NCBI GenBank assembly: GCA_964574895.1
Contig: CAZNPB010000001.1
Span: 82,665-146,664, forward strand
Reading direction: 5' to 3'
Length of the DNA stretch: 64,000 bases
From: an uncultured Eubacteriales bacterium
GTDB lineage: Bacteria > Acidobacteriota > Aminicenantia > Aminicenantales > Saccharicenantaceae
The notes beneath the pieces were generated by a model, which ran no database searches, was not told the DNA's origin, and saw only the letters and a list, made by a program, of their open reading frames with translations. The position numbers were made by a program, and so were the translations under genes. This document shows, piece by piece, positions 45,568 through 58,151 of the stretch; the stretch's first letter is position 1; every line of letters begins with the position of its first letter.

Positions 45568-48270
45568 ATGACGCCCCTGCCGCCGGTCCGGCTTCGCTGC
45601 GAGTACCTGGTCGAGCCCCTCGGCGTCGACACCGCCGCCCCGCGCCTCTTCTGGCACGTCGAGAGCCCGGAGCGGGGCGAACGATCGACGGCCTTCCAGG
45701 TCCTGGTTTCGTCTTCCCCGGAGCTTCTCCGCCGCGACACCGGCGACTTCTGGGACACGGGCCGAGCGGACGCCGCGGCCGGCCCCGGCCTCGCCTACGC
45801 CGGCCAGCCGCTGGAGAGCCGCGCCCGCTACTTTTGGAAAGTCCGCTGGTGGGACCGCGAGGGCCGGGTCAGCGCCTGGAGCGAGCCGGCCTCCTTCGTC
45901 ACCGGCTTTCTCCGGCCCGGGGACTGGGAGGCCAAATGGATCGGCGCGGCCCGGGTCACGGAGTTCCGGACCAAGGGGACGGTCCTGCTCGGCCACCCGG
46001 GCCCCGACGAGACCCAGGCGTGCGCCGTCTATCTGCGCCGCGAGTTCGCCCTCCATGGCCGGCCCGCGCTGGCCCTCGTCTTCATCTCCGGGCTCGGCCA
46101 TTACGAGCTCCGGCTGAACGGGGACAAGGTCGGCGCCAGCGTCCTCGACCCCGGCTGGACGGACTACCGCAAAAAAGCCCTCTACGCCACGCACGACGTC
46201 ACCGCGCTCGTCCGCGACCGGAACGCCGTCGGCGTCATCCTCGGCAACGGCCGCCACATCCGGAGCTTCGGCTACGACGCGCCGAAGCTGGCCTGCCGCA
46301 TCGAGGTCGAGTACGAGAGCGGCGGCCGGGAGATCGTCTTCGCCGACGAGACCTGGCGGACGGCGGACGGCCCGGTTCGGGAGAACGGCCTCTATTACGG
46401 CGAGCGCTGCGACGCCCGCATCCTGATCGACGGCTGGGACCGGCCCGGCTTCGACGACCGGGGCTGGGCGCCGGCCCTCCCGGTCCCCGGGCCCCCTCTG
46501 GCCTCCCAGATGCTGCCGCCCGTCCGGGTCGTGGAGACCCTGGCGCCGCGGTCGGTGCGCCGGCTGCCGAACGGCGCGGCCATCTTCGATTTCGGGCAGA
46601 ACTTCTCCGGCTGGGCCCGGCTGAAGGTCGAGGGGCCGATGGGCGCCGAGGTGCGTCTCCGGCACGCCGAGCTCCTCCGCGAGGACGGCACGCTCAACCT
46701 CGGCCCGAACGAGAACGCCGAGGCCACGGACGTCTACATCCTCCGCGGCGGCGGGCCCGAGATCTACGAACCCAGGTTCACCTATCACGGCTTCCGTTAC
46801 GTCGAGATGACCGGCTACCCGGGCGAACCCGGGCCCGATGCCCTGGAGGGGCGGTTCGTCCATTCGGACGTCGGGCGAACGGGAGCGTTCCGCTCGTCCA
46901 ACGCGCTCATCGACGCCGTCCACCGCAACGTCCTTTGGGGCCAGCTGTCGAACCTCATGAGCGTCCCGACCGACTGCCCCCAGCGGGACGAGCGCCACGG
47001 CTGGCTCGGCGACGCCCATCTCTCGGCCGAGGAGGCCGTCTTCAACTTCGACATGGCCGCCTTCTACGCCAAGTTCCTCGACGACATCCGCCTGGCCCAG
47101 CGCGAGGACGGCAGCCTGCCCGACGTCGCGCCGGCCTACCTGCCCCGCCTCTACCCGGCCGACCCGGCCTGGAGCTCGGCTTACGCCACGCTCGTCGAGC
47201 TCGTCTGGGACCATTACGGCGACCGGCGGGCCGTCGACGCGCATTACGCCCCGCTGAAGCGCTATCTCGATTTCCTCGGGCGGAACGCCGACGGCCACAT
47301 CATCCGCGGGCTCGGCAAGTACGGCGACTGGTGCCCGCCCGGCGGCGTCGTGCCCAAGAAAACACCCGTCGAGCTGACCTCGACCTGGTATTATTACCAC
47401 GACGTCCTGATCGTGGCCCGCCTGGCCGGGGTGCTGGGCCGCGAAGCCGAGGCCCGGGAGTACGGCCGGCTGGCCGAGTCGATCAAGGAGGCTTTCAACC
47501 GGGCCTTTCTGGGCGAAAGCCAGTACGCGGCCATCCGGGTCAGCCCGGTCGACAACCTCCCCAATCAGACCTCCAACGCCCTGCCCCTGTATCTCGGCAT
47601 GGTCCCCGACGACCGCAAGGACCGGATCGTGGCCAGTCTCGTCCAGAGCGTCGTCCGGGTGCAGGACGATCATGTCGATACCGGCATCCTCGGCACCCGC
47701 TACATCCTGGACGTCCTGACCGAGAACGGCCAGGCCGAGACCGCCTTCCGCATGGCCACCCACAAGAGCTATCCGGGCTGGGGCTACATGCTGGCCGAGG
47801 GCGCCACGACGCTCTGGGAGCGCTGGGAAAAACTGACCGGGTTCGCCATGAACTCGCAGAACCACATCATGTTCGGCAGCATCGACGCCTGGTTCTACCG
47901 GGTCCTGGCCGGCCTCTCCCCGCTCCGGCCGGGCTGGCGCGCCGTCCGGGTCCGGCCGCACGTCCTCGGCGACCTGACATCCGTCGAAGCCGCCTTGGAG
48001 ACCGTGGCCGGCCGGGTCTCGGCGGCCTGGCGCAGGGACGGCGAAGGGCTCTCGCTCGAGTTCGCGATCCCCGTCGGCGCCGTCGGCGAGGTCCATGTGC
48101 CCCTGCTCGGGACCGGGGCCGTGGTCTTCGAGTCCGGACGACCGCTTTGGCGGGCCGGCCGGACCGTCGGCCAAGCGCGGGGGGTCGAGCCGGCCGGGGA
48201 CGAGGCCGGCCGGGCCGTCTTCAGGGTTGAGAGCGGGACCTACAGGTTCGAGTCGAGAAAGCCGGATTGA
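45568..48270 (+). CDS. alpha-L-rhamnosidase (GH78)
   Basis: N-terminal LRCEYLVEPLGVDT..PRLFW, Y.WKVRVWD-type motif (YFWKVRWWDREG), a central six-hairpin domain with DCPQRDERHGWLGD, and a length of 900 aa. Confidence 0.88.
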   Translation: MTPLPPVRLRCEYLVEPLGVDTAAPRLFWHVESPERGERSTAFQVLVSSSPELLRRDTGDFWDTGRADAAAGPGLAYAGQPLESRARYFWKVRWWDREGRVSAWSEPASFVTGFLRPGDWEAKWIGAARVTEFRTKGTVLLGHPGPDETQACAVYLRREFALHGRPALALVFISGLGHYELRLNGDKVGASVLDPGWTDYRKKALYATHDVTALVRDRNAVGVILGNGRHIRSFGYDAPKLACRIEVEYESGGREIVFADETWRTADGPVRENGLYYGERCDARILIDGWDRPGFDDRGWAPALPVPGPPLASQMLPPVRVVETLAPRSVRRLPNGAAIFDFGQNFSGWARLKVEGPMGAEVRLRHAELLREDGTLNLGPNENAEATDVYILRGGGPEIYEPRFTYHGFRYVEMTGYPGEPGPDALEGRFVHSDVGRTGAFRSSNALIDAVHRNVLWGQLSNLMSVPTDCPQRDERHGWLGDAHLSAEEAVFNFDMAAFYAKFLDDIRLAQREDGSLPDVAPAYLPRLYPADPAWSSAYATLVELVWDHYGDRRAVDAHYAPLKRYLDFLGRNADGHIIRGLGKYGDWCPPGGVVPKKTPVELTSTWYYYHDVLIVARLAGVLGREAEAREYGRLAESIKEAFNRAFLGESQYAAIRVSPVDNLPNQTSNALPLYLGMVPDDRKDRIVASLVQSVVRVQDDHVDTGILGTRYILDVLTENGQAETAFRMATHKSYPGWGYMLAEGATTLWERWEKLTGFAMNSQNHIMFGSIDAWFYRVLAGLSPLRPGWRAVRVRPHVLGDLTSVEAALETVAGRVSAAWRRDGEGLSLEFAIPVGAVGEVHVPLLGTGAVVFESGRPLWRAGRTVGQARGVEPAGDEAGRAVFRVESGTYRFESRKPD

Positions 48271-48298
48271 CGTCCGGGCCGGCCGCGGCGCCGGGCGG

Positions 48299-49699
48299 TC
48301 AATCCAGCGAGGCCGCGAAGAGCCTGGCCGCCGCCGCATAGGCGGCCAGGGTGGCCTCGATCTCCTTCGGGCCGTGGGCGGCCGAGACCGCCCCGCCGCC
48401 GTGGACGACATTGACCCCGTTGACGAGCAGGGCCAGCTTGAGCAGGTCCTCGCGCATCGGGATGTCCGAGCGGTCGGGATCGTGGATGTCCTCGGGCCGG
48501 TCGTAGGCCAAGCCGGCCCGGAGCGGGAAATGGATCATGAACAGGGAGCTCCCGGGGACCACGTCGTTGCCGTCGCCGGTCGCCCGGACGGCCAGCCCTT
48601 CCTTGGCGAAGGCCGCCTCGATGCCGCGGCGCAGGCGCTCGCCGAGCGCCCCGATCCGGGGATAGACGGTCCCGGCCCGGGCCGCCAGCTGGCCGAGCAT
48701 GATCAGCCCGGCCTTCATGTATTCGGCGTGGGCCGAGAAGGTCCCGCCCTCGAAATAGACGCGCCCGCCCCCGTCGCGGCCGTGCTCGCACTCGTCCATG
48801 ATCTCCCCCGGCCCGGCGACCGCGGCCACGGCGTGTCCGCCGCCGATGATCTTGCCCATCGTGGTCAGGTCCGGGCGGAGTCCGTAAAGGGTCTGCACGC
48901 CGCCGGGACAGAATCGATAGCCGGAGATGATCTCGTCGAAGATGAGGAGCGCGCCATGCTTCCGGGTCAGGCGGCGGGCGGTCTCCAGATAGGCCCGGCT
49001 GGCGGCCAGGAAGCCGCCCACCCCCAGATAGGGCTCGACGATGAAGCAGGCGATGCGGTCGCCGTGCTCGGCCATGACCCGCTCGAGGTCGTCGACGTCG
49101 TTATAGCGGGTGACCAGTGTGCGGCGGACGATGTCGTCGAGCAGGCCGGCCGATTCGCGGCCTTCGAAGCCCTGGCCCCGGCGGTACTTGACGCCTTTGA
49201 GGAGGTAGGGCGACGCCCCGTGCCAGCCGCCGCCGACCTTGAGGACCAGGTCCCGCCCGGTCAATCCCTGGGCCATCATGACGGCGTACATCGTGGCCAG
49301 CGTCCCGGAGGTGGTGAAGCGGACCCGGGTCCCGCGGCCGCCGAGCCCGCGCACCAGGGTCTCGGCCAGCTCGATCTGGGCCCCGGCCTCGAAACCGGTG
49401 TGCAGGGTGCCGCGGGACAGGGCGGCGGCCATGCCCCGGCGCACGACCCGGGGGTTGTGGCCCAGGATGTTGGCGTAGTGGCCCTGCCAGTAGTCGATAT
49501 AGGCGTTGCCGTCGAGATCGCGGACGCACGGGCCTTCGGCCGTCGCGGTCGAGAACGGATAGGGGCGCCACAGCCGGATGGTGTGACTGCCGCCGGCCAC
49601 CATGACCTTCCCAGCCCGGCGGAACATTGCCCGGCTGCGGGGGGTCTTGGCCTCGTATTCCCGGACCAACCGGGCCCGGAGCTTGTCGAATCCTCTCAT
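48299..49699 (-). CDS. class III aminotransferase (glutamate-1-semialdehyde aminomutase-like)
   Basis: GSH/GTFS-type class III layout. DEIISGYR resembles DEV.TGFR. KIIGGGH contains the PLP-lysine region. Confidence 0.75.
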   Translation of the reverse strand: MRGFDKLRARLVREYEAKTPRSRAMFRRAGKVMVAGGSHTIRLWRPYPFSTATAEGPCVRDLDGNAYIDYWQGHYANILGHNPRVVRRGMAAALSRGTLHTGFEAGAQIELAETLVRGLGGRGTRVRFTTSGTLATMYAVMMAQGLTGRDLVLKVGGGWHGASPYLLKGVKYRRGQGFEGRESAGLLDDIVRRTLVTRYNDVDDLERVMAEHGDRIACFIVEPYLGVGGFLAASRAYLETARRLTRKHGALLIFDEIISGYRFCPGGVQTLYGLRPDLTTMGKIIGGGHAVAAVAGPGEIMDECEHGRDGGGRVYFEGGTFSAHAEYMKAGLIMLGQLAARAGTVYPRIGALGERLRRGIEAAFAKEGLAVRATGDGNDVVPGSSLFMIHFPLRAGLAYDRPEDIHDPDRSDIPMREDLLKLALLVNGVNVVHGGGAVSAAHGPKEIEATLAAYAAAARLFAASLD

Positions 49700-49818
49700 G
49701 GGTCCTCTTTTTGGGCCTCATTAAACAACTGCCGCCCCCCGCTTGTCAACCCGAAAGGCATTGACCGGGCCCGTATCTTAAGGTAAAATTGGCATTTCCG
49801 GGACAAGAAATACCGACC

Positions 49819-51110
49819 ATGGCCGTTCTCAAAACGAAAAAAACCGAGCGCGCCTGCGTCATCGGCCTCGACGGCGTCCCCTACGGCATGATCGTCGAGC
49901 TGGCCCGGCGCGGCGTCATGTCGACCATGGCCCGGCTGATGGACATCGGCAAGATCCATCAGATGCGGGCCAGCCTGCCCGAGATCTCCTCGGTCTCCTG
50001 GACCGATTTCATGACCGGGACCAACTCGGGCACGCACGGCATCTTCGGCTTCACCGACTTCAAGCCCAAGTCGTACGGCATCCGCTTCCCCAACTTCCTC
50101 GACGTCAAGGCCCCCACCCTGTGGGACAAGCTCGGGGCCAAGGGCAAGAGGAGCATCGTCATCAACCAGCCCTCGACCTATCCGGCCCGCAAGACCGACG
50201 GGGTCCTCATCTCCGGCTTCGTGGCCTTGGAGCTGGCCCGGGCCGTCTGGCCCTTGAGCTACCGGGCCGCCCTGGAACAGATGGGCTACCAGATCGACAT
50301 CGACATCCTCAAATGCCGGGAGCGGCCCGAGTTGCTGTGGCAGGAGCTCAACAAGACCATGGCCGGCGGCCAAAAGGCCCTCAACTTCCTCTGGGAGGAG
50401 GGTTGGGACTACTTCGAATACGTCGTCACCGGCACCGACCGGCTGCATCACCTGCTCTGGCGGGCCTACGAGGACCCGGACCACCCGGCCCACCAGACCT
50501 TCCTCGATTTCTACCGCCACATCGACCGCCTCATCGGCAAGATCGTGGCCGCTTATCACAAGCTGACGAACAGCTACGCCGGGTTCTACATCCTGTCCGA
50601 CCACGGCTTCTGCCGGGCCGACCGCGAGGTCTATCTCAACGCCTGGCTGGAGCAGAACGGCTACCTGCGCTTCCTCAAGCCCGAGCCGGAATCGCTCGAG
50701 GACATCCACGGCCGGTCCCGGGCCTTCGCCCTCGATCCCAACCGCATCTACCTGAATTATAAGGGCAAGTTCCCGAAGGGCTCCGTCGAGCGCACCGCCC
50801 GCCGGGCCCTCAAGGACGAGATCGCGGCCAAGCTGTCCAAGCTCGAATGCCAGGGCCACCGGGTCGTCCGGAAGGTCTTCACGGCCGAAGAGGCCTACGC
50901 CGGGCCGCAAGCCTCCAAAGGTCCGGACCTCATCGTCGTGGCCGAGCCGGGCTTCGACATGAAAGGTTCGGTCCGTAAGAAGGAGATCTTCGGGCGCCCC
51001 GGCCTGCAGGGCATGCACACCTGGGACGACGCCTTCTTCTGGGCCTCCGAGGACCTCGGCGACGGCCTCAAGATCTCCGACGTCGCCCCCATCATCCTCA
51101 AGAATTTCTG

Positions 51111-51111
<1 letters not shown>
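49819..51111 (+). CDS. alkaline-phosphatase superfamily / NPP-type phosphodiesterase family protein (no signal peptide)
   Basis: GLDGVP metal site, SVSW..FMTG...G.HGIFGF and LSDHGF. I prefer the ATG at 49819 over the TTG at 49789. Confidence 0.75.
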
Positions 51112-53239
<2,128 letters not shown>

Positions 53240-53243
<4 letters not shown>

Positions 53244-55255
53244 GCGAAGATATCCGCCCGGCCCTCACCCGCCGGGAATTCCTCAAGGCCGGGATGGCCG
53301 CCACGGCCGCCGTCGGCCTGGGCGGCCCGGCCCTTTTGTCCCCCAAGGCCTACGGCCGGGGGCGCTCGGCGGCCAAGATGATCGTCCTGGGCCTGGACGG
53401 GCTCGACCCGGTCCTGACCCGGCGCTGGATCGACGAGGGCCGCCTGCCGGCCTTCCGCCGCCTCCTCGAAAAGGGCGGGGACTTCCGGCCTCTGGGGACG
53501 AGCCTGCCGCCCCAAACGCCCGTGGCCTGGTCGAACTTCATCACCGGCATGGACCCGGGCGGCCACGGCATCTTCGACTTCATCCACCGCGACCCCAAGT
53601 CCTATCTGCCGATCTTCTCGGCGACCGAAACGACCGGCGCGGCCAAAACGGTCCGCATCGGCAAAACGATCTTCCCGCTGTCCGGCGGGCAGGTCCGCAA
53701 CCTGCGCCGCGGCCAGGCCTTCTGGCAGCTGCTGGAGCAGGCCGACGTGCCGGCCACGGTCTTCAAGATGCCCTCCAACTATCCCCCCGTCGAAAGCCGC
53801 CAGAGGACGCTGGCCGGCATGAACACGCCCGACATCAAGGGCTCCTACGGCATCTTCAACTACTACACCAACGCGGGGACGACGGTCGTCCAGGAGGCCG
53901 GCGGCGGCGGCCGGGTCCACGACGTCTTCGTCGTCGGCAACCGGGTCGAAGCGGAGCTGCCCGGCCCGACCAACACCTTCCGCACGGACGCGCCCGAGGC
54001 GGTCCTCCCCTTCCAGGTCTTCCTCGATCCGTCCAACGCGGCGGCCAAGATCGTCATCCAGGGCCAGGAGTTCGTCCTGAAAGAGCGGGAGTGGAGCGGC
54101 TGGGTCCGCGTCCGCTTCAACCTCATCCCGACGCAGAGCGTCCACGGCATCTGCCTCTTCTACCTCAAGGAGGTCCGGCCCCAGTTCAAGCTCTACGTCT
54201 CGCCCGTCCACATCGACCCGGCCCGGCCGGCCCTGCCGCTCTCGACGCCCGAGTCCTACGCCCGCGAGCTCGAACGGCGCTTCGGCCCGTTCTTCACCAA
54301 GGGCCTGCCGGCCGACACCAGCGCCCTGGAGAACGGCGTCCTGGACGAGGAGGAGTTCCTCCATCTCGACAACCGGGTCTACGAAGAGAGCATGGCCATG
54401 CTCGAATACGAGCTCGGCCGCTTCGACGACGGCCTGCTCTTCTATTACTTCTCCAACGCCGACCAGCGCCAGCACATGTTCTGGCGCCTGACCGATCCCG
54501 GCCATCCGGCCTACGACGAGAAGCTGGCCGCCCGTTTCGGGGACGTCATCGCCCGGACCTACGGCGAGATGGACCGGGCCCTCGACCTGGCCCTCCGCAA
54601 GGCCGACGAGGACACGGTCGTCCTGGTTATGTCCGACCACGGCTTCAACACCTTCCGCCGCGGCCTGAACCTCAACACCTGGCTGCTGCGGGAGGGCTAT
54701 CACCGGCTGAAGAGACCCTGGAAGCAGGAAGAATCGGCGCTCTTCGACAACACCGACTGGGGCAAGACCCGGGCCTACGGCGTCGGCCTCAACGGCCTGT
54801 ACATCAACGAACGGGGCCGCGAGGCCGAGGGCACGGTCGCGCCCGGCGCGGACAAGGACAACCTCGTCCGCGAGATCGCCCGCAAGCTCGAGGCCATGGT
54901 CGATCCACAGACGGGCGAACGGCCGGTCCTGCGGGCCTTCGTGGCCAAGGACACCTACCGGGGCACCCACCTGGAGCACGCCCCCGACATCGTCCTCGGC
55001 TTCAACCGCGGCTACCGCATCTCGTGGCAGTCCCCGCTCGGCGGCTTCCCGAAGGAGACCGTCGAGGACAACACCCAGCGGTGGAGCGGCGACCACATGT
55101 CGGCGCCCGACGTCCTGCCGGGCATCGCCTTCTGCAGCCGCGCCTTCACGGCCGAGGCCCCGGCCCTGCACGACCTGACGGCGTCCGTCCTGGGCGTTTT
55201 CGGCGTCGCGCCGCCGCCGGAGATGATCGGCCGGGACGTCCTGGCGAAGGGTTGA
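53240..55255 (+). CDS. alkaline-phosphatase superfamily / NPP-type protein, Tat-exported
   Basis: Tat-like TRREFLKAGMAATAAVGLGG signal. GLDGLDP, PVAWSNFITG...HGIFDF, MSDHGF and WSGDH. ATGA overlap with the upstream gene. Confidence 0.78.
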
Positions 55256-55269
55256 GAAAGGAGCATCCG

Positions 55270-55461
55270 ATGGCCAGCGTGAAGGTCAAGGTCGACAAGG
55301 ACCTGTTCGACAAGATCAAGAAGCTCGCCGAGATGTCCGGCTACTCCTCGGCCGACGAGTTCGTCGGCCACTGCCTGGAAAAGGAAGTGGCCAAGTTCGA
55401 GGAGGCCGATTCGGAGGAGGAGATCAAGAAGAAGCTGAAAGGGCTCGGCTACCTCTCCTGA
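55270..55461 (+). CDS. ribbon-helix-helix (CopG/Arc-like) small protein (63 aa)
   Basis: AAAGGAG Shine-Dalgarno site 7 nt upstream. VKVKVDKDLFDKIKKLAEMSGYSSADEFVGHCLEKEV fits a beta-strand/helix/helix RHH layout, followed by an acidic/basic tail. Confidence 0.6.
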   Translation: MASVKVKVDKDLFDKIKKLAEMSGYSSADEFVGHCLEKEVAKFEEADSEEEIKKKLKGLGYLS

Positions 55462-55466
55462 TCGTC

Positions 55467-56294
55467 ATGGCCATCGTCAACCTCGTCTTCGGCGCGATCG
55501 TCGGGGCCCTGCTGTGGCCCTTCCGGGGCCTGTCGCCCTGGGCCGGGATGATCGCCGTCTCGTTCCTGACGGCCCTGCTGATGCTGGCGGTCTACAAATG
55601 GACCTCCGACCAGGCGGCCATCCGCCGGGCCAAGGACCGCATCAAGGCCCACCTCTACGAGATGCGGCTGTACAAGGACAACATGCGGGTCACCCTGGCC
55701 TCGCAGCGCGCCATCCTCAAGGCCAACCTGTCCTATCTGGCCGCCAACCTCAAGCCGCTGCTGGTCATGATCGTGCCGCTCGTCCTCATCCTGGCCCAGT
55801 TGAGCGTTTGGTACGACCGGGCCCCGCTCGTCCCGGGCGACGAGACCCTGGTCAAGGCCGCGCTCGAACCCTCGGCCGACCCCGTCGCGGCGGGCCTCGA
55901 GCTCGAGGTCCCGCCCGGCCTGGAGATCACCGCTCCGGCCGTGCGCGTGGCCGATCTCCACGAGGTCGTTTGGCGGATCAAGGCCCTCTCGCCGGGCTCC
56001 GGCCGGCTGATCCTGCGGGCCGGAGGGACGAACCTCGAGAAAACCGTCGTCGTCGGCGGCGGACCGATGGGCCGGGTTTCGGGCCTGGCCTCGCGCGGGT
56101 CCTTTTGGCGGCGGCTCCTCTATCCCGGCGAGCCGCCCCTGCCGTCCGGCACGCCCGTCCGGGCCATCGAGGTCCTCTACCCGGCCCGGAGCCTGCCGGC
56201 CTTCGGTCTGAACGTCCACTGGCTCGTCGCCTACCTCGTCCTGTCCGTCGTCTTCGGCTTCGCCTTCAAAGGCGTGTTCAAGGTCGAGATCTGA
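55467..56294 (+). CDS. integral membrane protein, possibly DUF106/EMC3-like
   Basis: TM1, then an amphipathic basic coiled segment (QAAIRRAKDRIKAHLYEMRLYKDNMRV..QRAILKANL), then further TM segments. This topology is reminiscent of archaeal DUF106/YidC-like proteins. There is an extra C-terminal region of about 150 aa. The family call is tentative. Confidence 0.5.
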   Translation: MAIVNLVFGAIVGALLWPFRGLSPWAGMIAVSFLTALLMLAVYKWTSDQAAIRRAKDRIKAHLYEMRLYKDNMRVTLASQRAILKANLSYLAANLKPLLVMIVPLVLILAQLSVWYDRAPLVPGDETLVKAALEPSADPVAAGLELEVPPGLEITAPAVRVADLHEVVWRIKALSPGSGRLILRAGGTNLEKTVVVGGGPMGRVSGLASRGSFWRRLLYPGEPPLPSGTPVRAIEVLYPARSLPAFGLNVHWLVAYLVLSVVFGFAFKGVFKVEI

Positions 56295-56319
56295 ACATCC
56301 CCCGAGCGAGAGGTTTCCC

Positions 56320-57432
56320 ATGCACATCGACACCTTCAAGATGGAGCGCATGCAGTCCACCTGGGAGAACGTCGTCGACTACAACCTGTCCGAGAGCGGC
56401 GTCCATCCCCTGACCCTCAAGGAGCTCCTGACCCCGGCCGAGATCGAGTCCCTGACCGGGGTCGAGCTCGGCTATACCCAGACCAACGGCACCCTGCCCC
56501 TGCGCCAGGCCATCGCCCGCCTCTATCCCGGCCTCGGCCTGGAGCAGATCCTGACCACGGCCGGCTCGTCGGAGGCCAACTTCCTGCTCATCTGGAGCCT
56601 CATCGAGCCCGGCGACGAGGTCCTGTTCGAGCTGCCGAACTATATGCAGATGGCCGGCCTGCTCAAGGCCTTCGGGGCCCGGGTCAAGACCTTCCGGCTG
56701 CGCGAGGAGCTGGGCTGGCAGCCCGATCTCGACGAGATGAGGGCCCTTGTCACGCCCAAAACCAAGATGATCGTCCTGACCAACCCCAACAATCCGACGG
56801 GCGCCGTGCTCTCTCCCGAAGCCATGAAGGGCATCGTCGACCTGGCCGCCGGCTCCGGCGCCTGGATCCTGGCCGACGAGGTCTATCAGGGCGCCGAGCT
56901 CTCGGGCCCGACGACGCCGAGCTTCTGGGGGCTCTGGGAGAAGACGCTGGTCGTCAGCGGCCTGTCCAAAGCCTACGGCCTGCCCGGCCTGCGGGTCGGC
57001 TGGATCGTCGGCCCCGAGGAGATCGTCAAACGAACCTGGCCCTATCACGACTACACCACCATCTCGCCTTCCGCCTTGAGCGATCGTCTGGCCGCGCTGG
57101 TCCTCGCGCCGGGGACCCGCGAGCGCATCCTGGCCCGGACCCGCGGCATCCTGAACGCCAATCTCCCGGTCCTGTCGACCTGGCTCGGCGACCACGGCGG
57201 CCTGTTCACGTTCCGGCCGCCCCAGGCCGGGGCCATCTGTTTCGCCCGTTACGGCCTGGCGGTCAATTCGACCGAGCTGGTCGAGCGCCTGATCCGGGAA
57301 AGGAGCGTCCTGGCCGTTCCCGGCGACCACTTCGAGACGGACGGCTACCTCCGCTTCGGCTACGGCCCCGAGAAGGGCTATCTTCTGCGGGCTCTGGGCC
57401 GGATCGACGAGACCCTTAAAAAAATCGCCTAA
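56320..57432 (+). CDS. class I/II PLP-dependent aminotransferase
   Basis: NPNNPTG, and SGLSKAYGLPGLRVGW (PLP-lysine motif). Confidence 0.85.
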   Translation: MHIDTFKMERMQSTWENVVDYNLSESGVHPLTLKELLTPAEIESLTGVELGYTQTNGTLPLRQAIARLYPGLGLEQILTTAGSSEANFLLIWSLIEPGDEVLFELPNYMQMAGLLKAFGARVKTFRLREELGWQPDLDEMRALVTPKTKMIVLTNPNNPTGAVLSPEAMKGIVDLAAGSGAWILADEVYQGAELSGPTTPSFWGLWEKTLVVSGLSKAYGLPGLRVGWIVGPEEIVKRTWPYHDYTTISPSALSDRLAALVLAPGTRERILARTRGILNANLPVLSTWLGDHGGLFTFRPPQAGAICFARYGLAVNSTELVERLIRERSVLAVPGDHFETDGYLRFGYGPEKGYLLRALGRIDETLKKIA

Positions 57433-57503
57433 TCGTGGTAAGATACCGCATCCATTCCCGGGCGGAATGAGTTCATGGTATTACGGACTTGAGGAGGCCG
57501 CAT

Positions 57504-58052
57504 ATGAAAAGAATCCGGGCCATCGCCCCACTCGTCATCCTGGCCGTCTTGGCCGTCGCCGGCGCGTCCTACGCCCAGCAGGTGTCCAAGATCGCCATCA
57601 TCAACTCCCAGAAGGCGTTCGAGACCTCGACCGAGGGCAAGAAGGCCCTGGCCCAGCTCCAGGACCTCGACACCAAGATCAAGGCCGACATCCAGAAGAT
57701 GGACGACGCCATCCGGCTGCTCGAGAACCGGATGAACACCGGCCGGCTGACCATGACCCAGGAGGCCCTGCTGGCCCTGCAGGCCGACATCGACAAGAAG
57801 ACGACCGAGCGCAAGCGCTACGAAGAGGATAAGGCCCGCGAGGCCCAGACCCTGTCGACCAACCTGATCCAGAAGATCCGCGTCGAGATGGTCGCCGTCA
57901 TCGAGGGCCTGGCCAAGGAACGGGGCATCGACCTGGTCCTGGACGGGGCCACCAGCGGCGTCGTCACGGCCGCCCCGACCATCGACATCACCGACGAAGT
58001 CGTGGTCCGCTACAACCAGACCCGCGCCGGGACGCCCCCCGTCAAGAAGTAA
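57504..58052 (+). CDS. skp: OmpH/Skp-family periplasmic chaperone
   Basis: Signal peptide, then IAIINSQKAFETSTEGKKA and a long coiled-coil typical of Skp. GAGGAGG Shine-Dalgarno site before the ATG at 57504. Confidence 0.8.
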   Translation: MKRIRAIAPLVILAVLAVAGASYAQQVSKIAIINSQKAFETSTEGKKALAQLQDLDTKIKADIQKMDDAIRLLENRMNTGRLTMTQEALLALQADIDKKTTERKRYEEDKAREAQTLSTNLIQKIRVEMVAVIEGLAKERGIDLVLDGATSGVVTAAPTIDITDEVVVRYNQTRAGTPPVKK

Positions 58053-58151
58053 GCCCGCGCCCCGATCCCGGGGGGAGAGGGGCCGTCCCTTTCTCCCCGG
58101 TTCCCTATTCCTCCCCGGCCCCCCGTGCCAGACCCGGGCGCGGCGCGTCCG

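Noticed and set aside
58072-58098. The GGGGAGAGGGG-CCGT-CCCTTTCTCCCC hairpin between skp and the metallophosphoesterase gene, considered as a regulatory element.
   Set aside because: It lies between convergent 3' ends and is most simply a (U-tract-poor) bidirectional terminator. Nothing suggests more.
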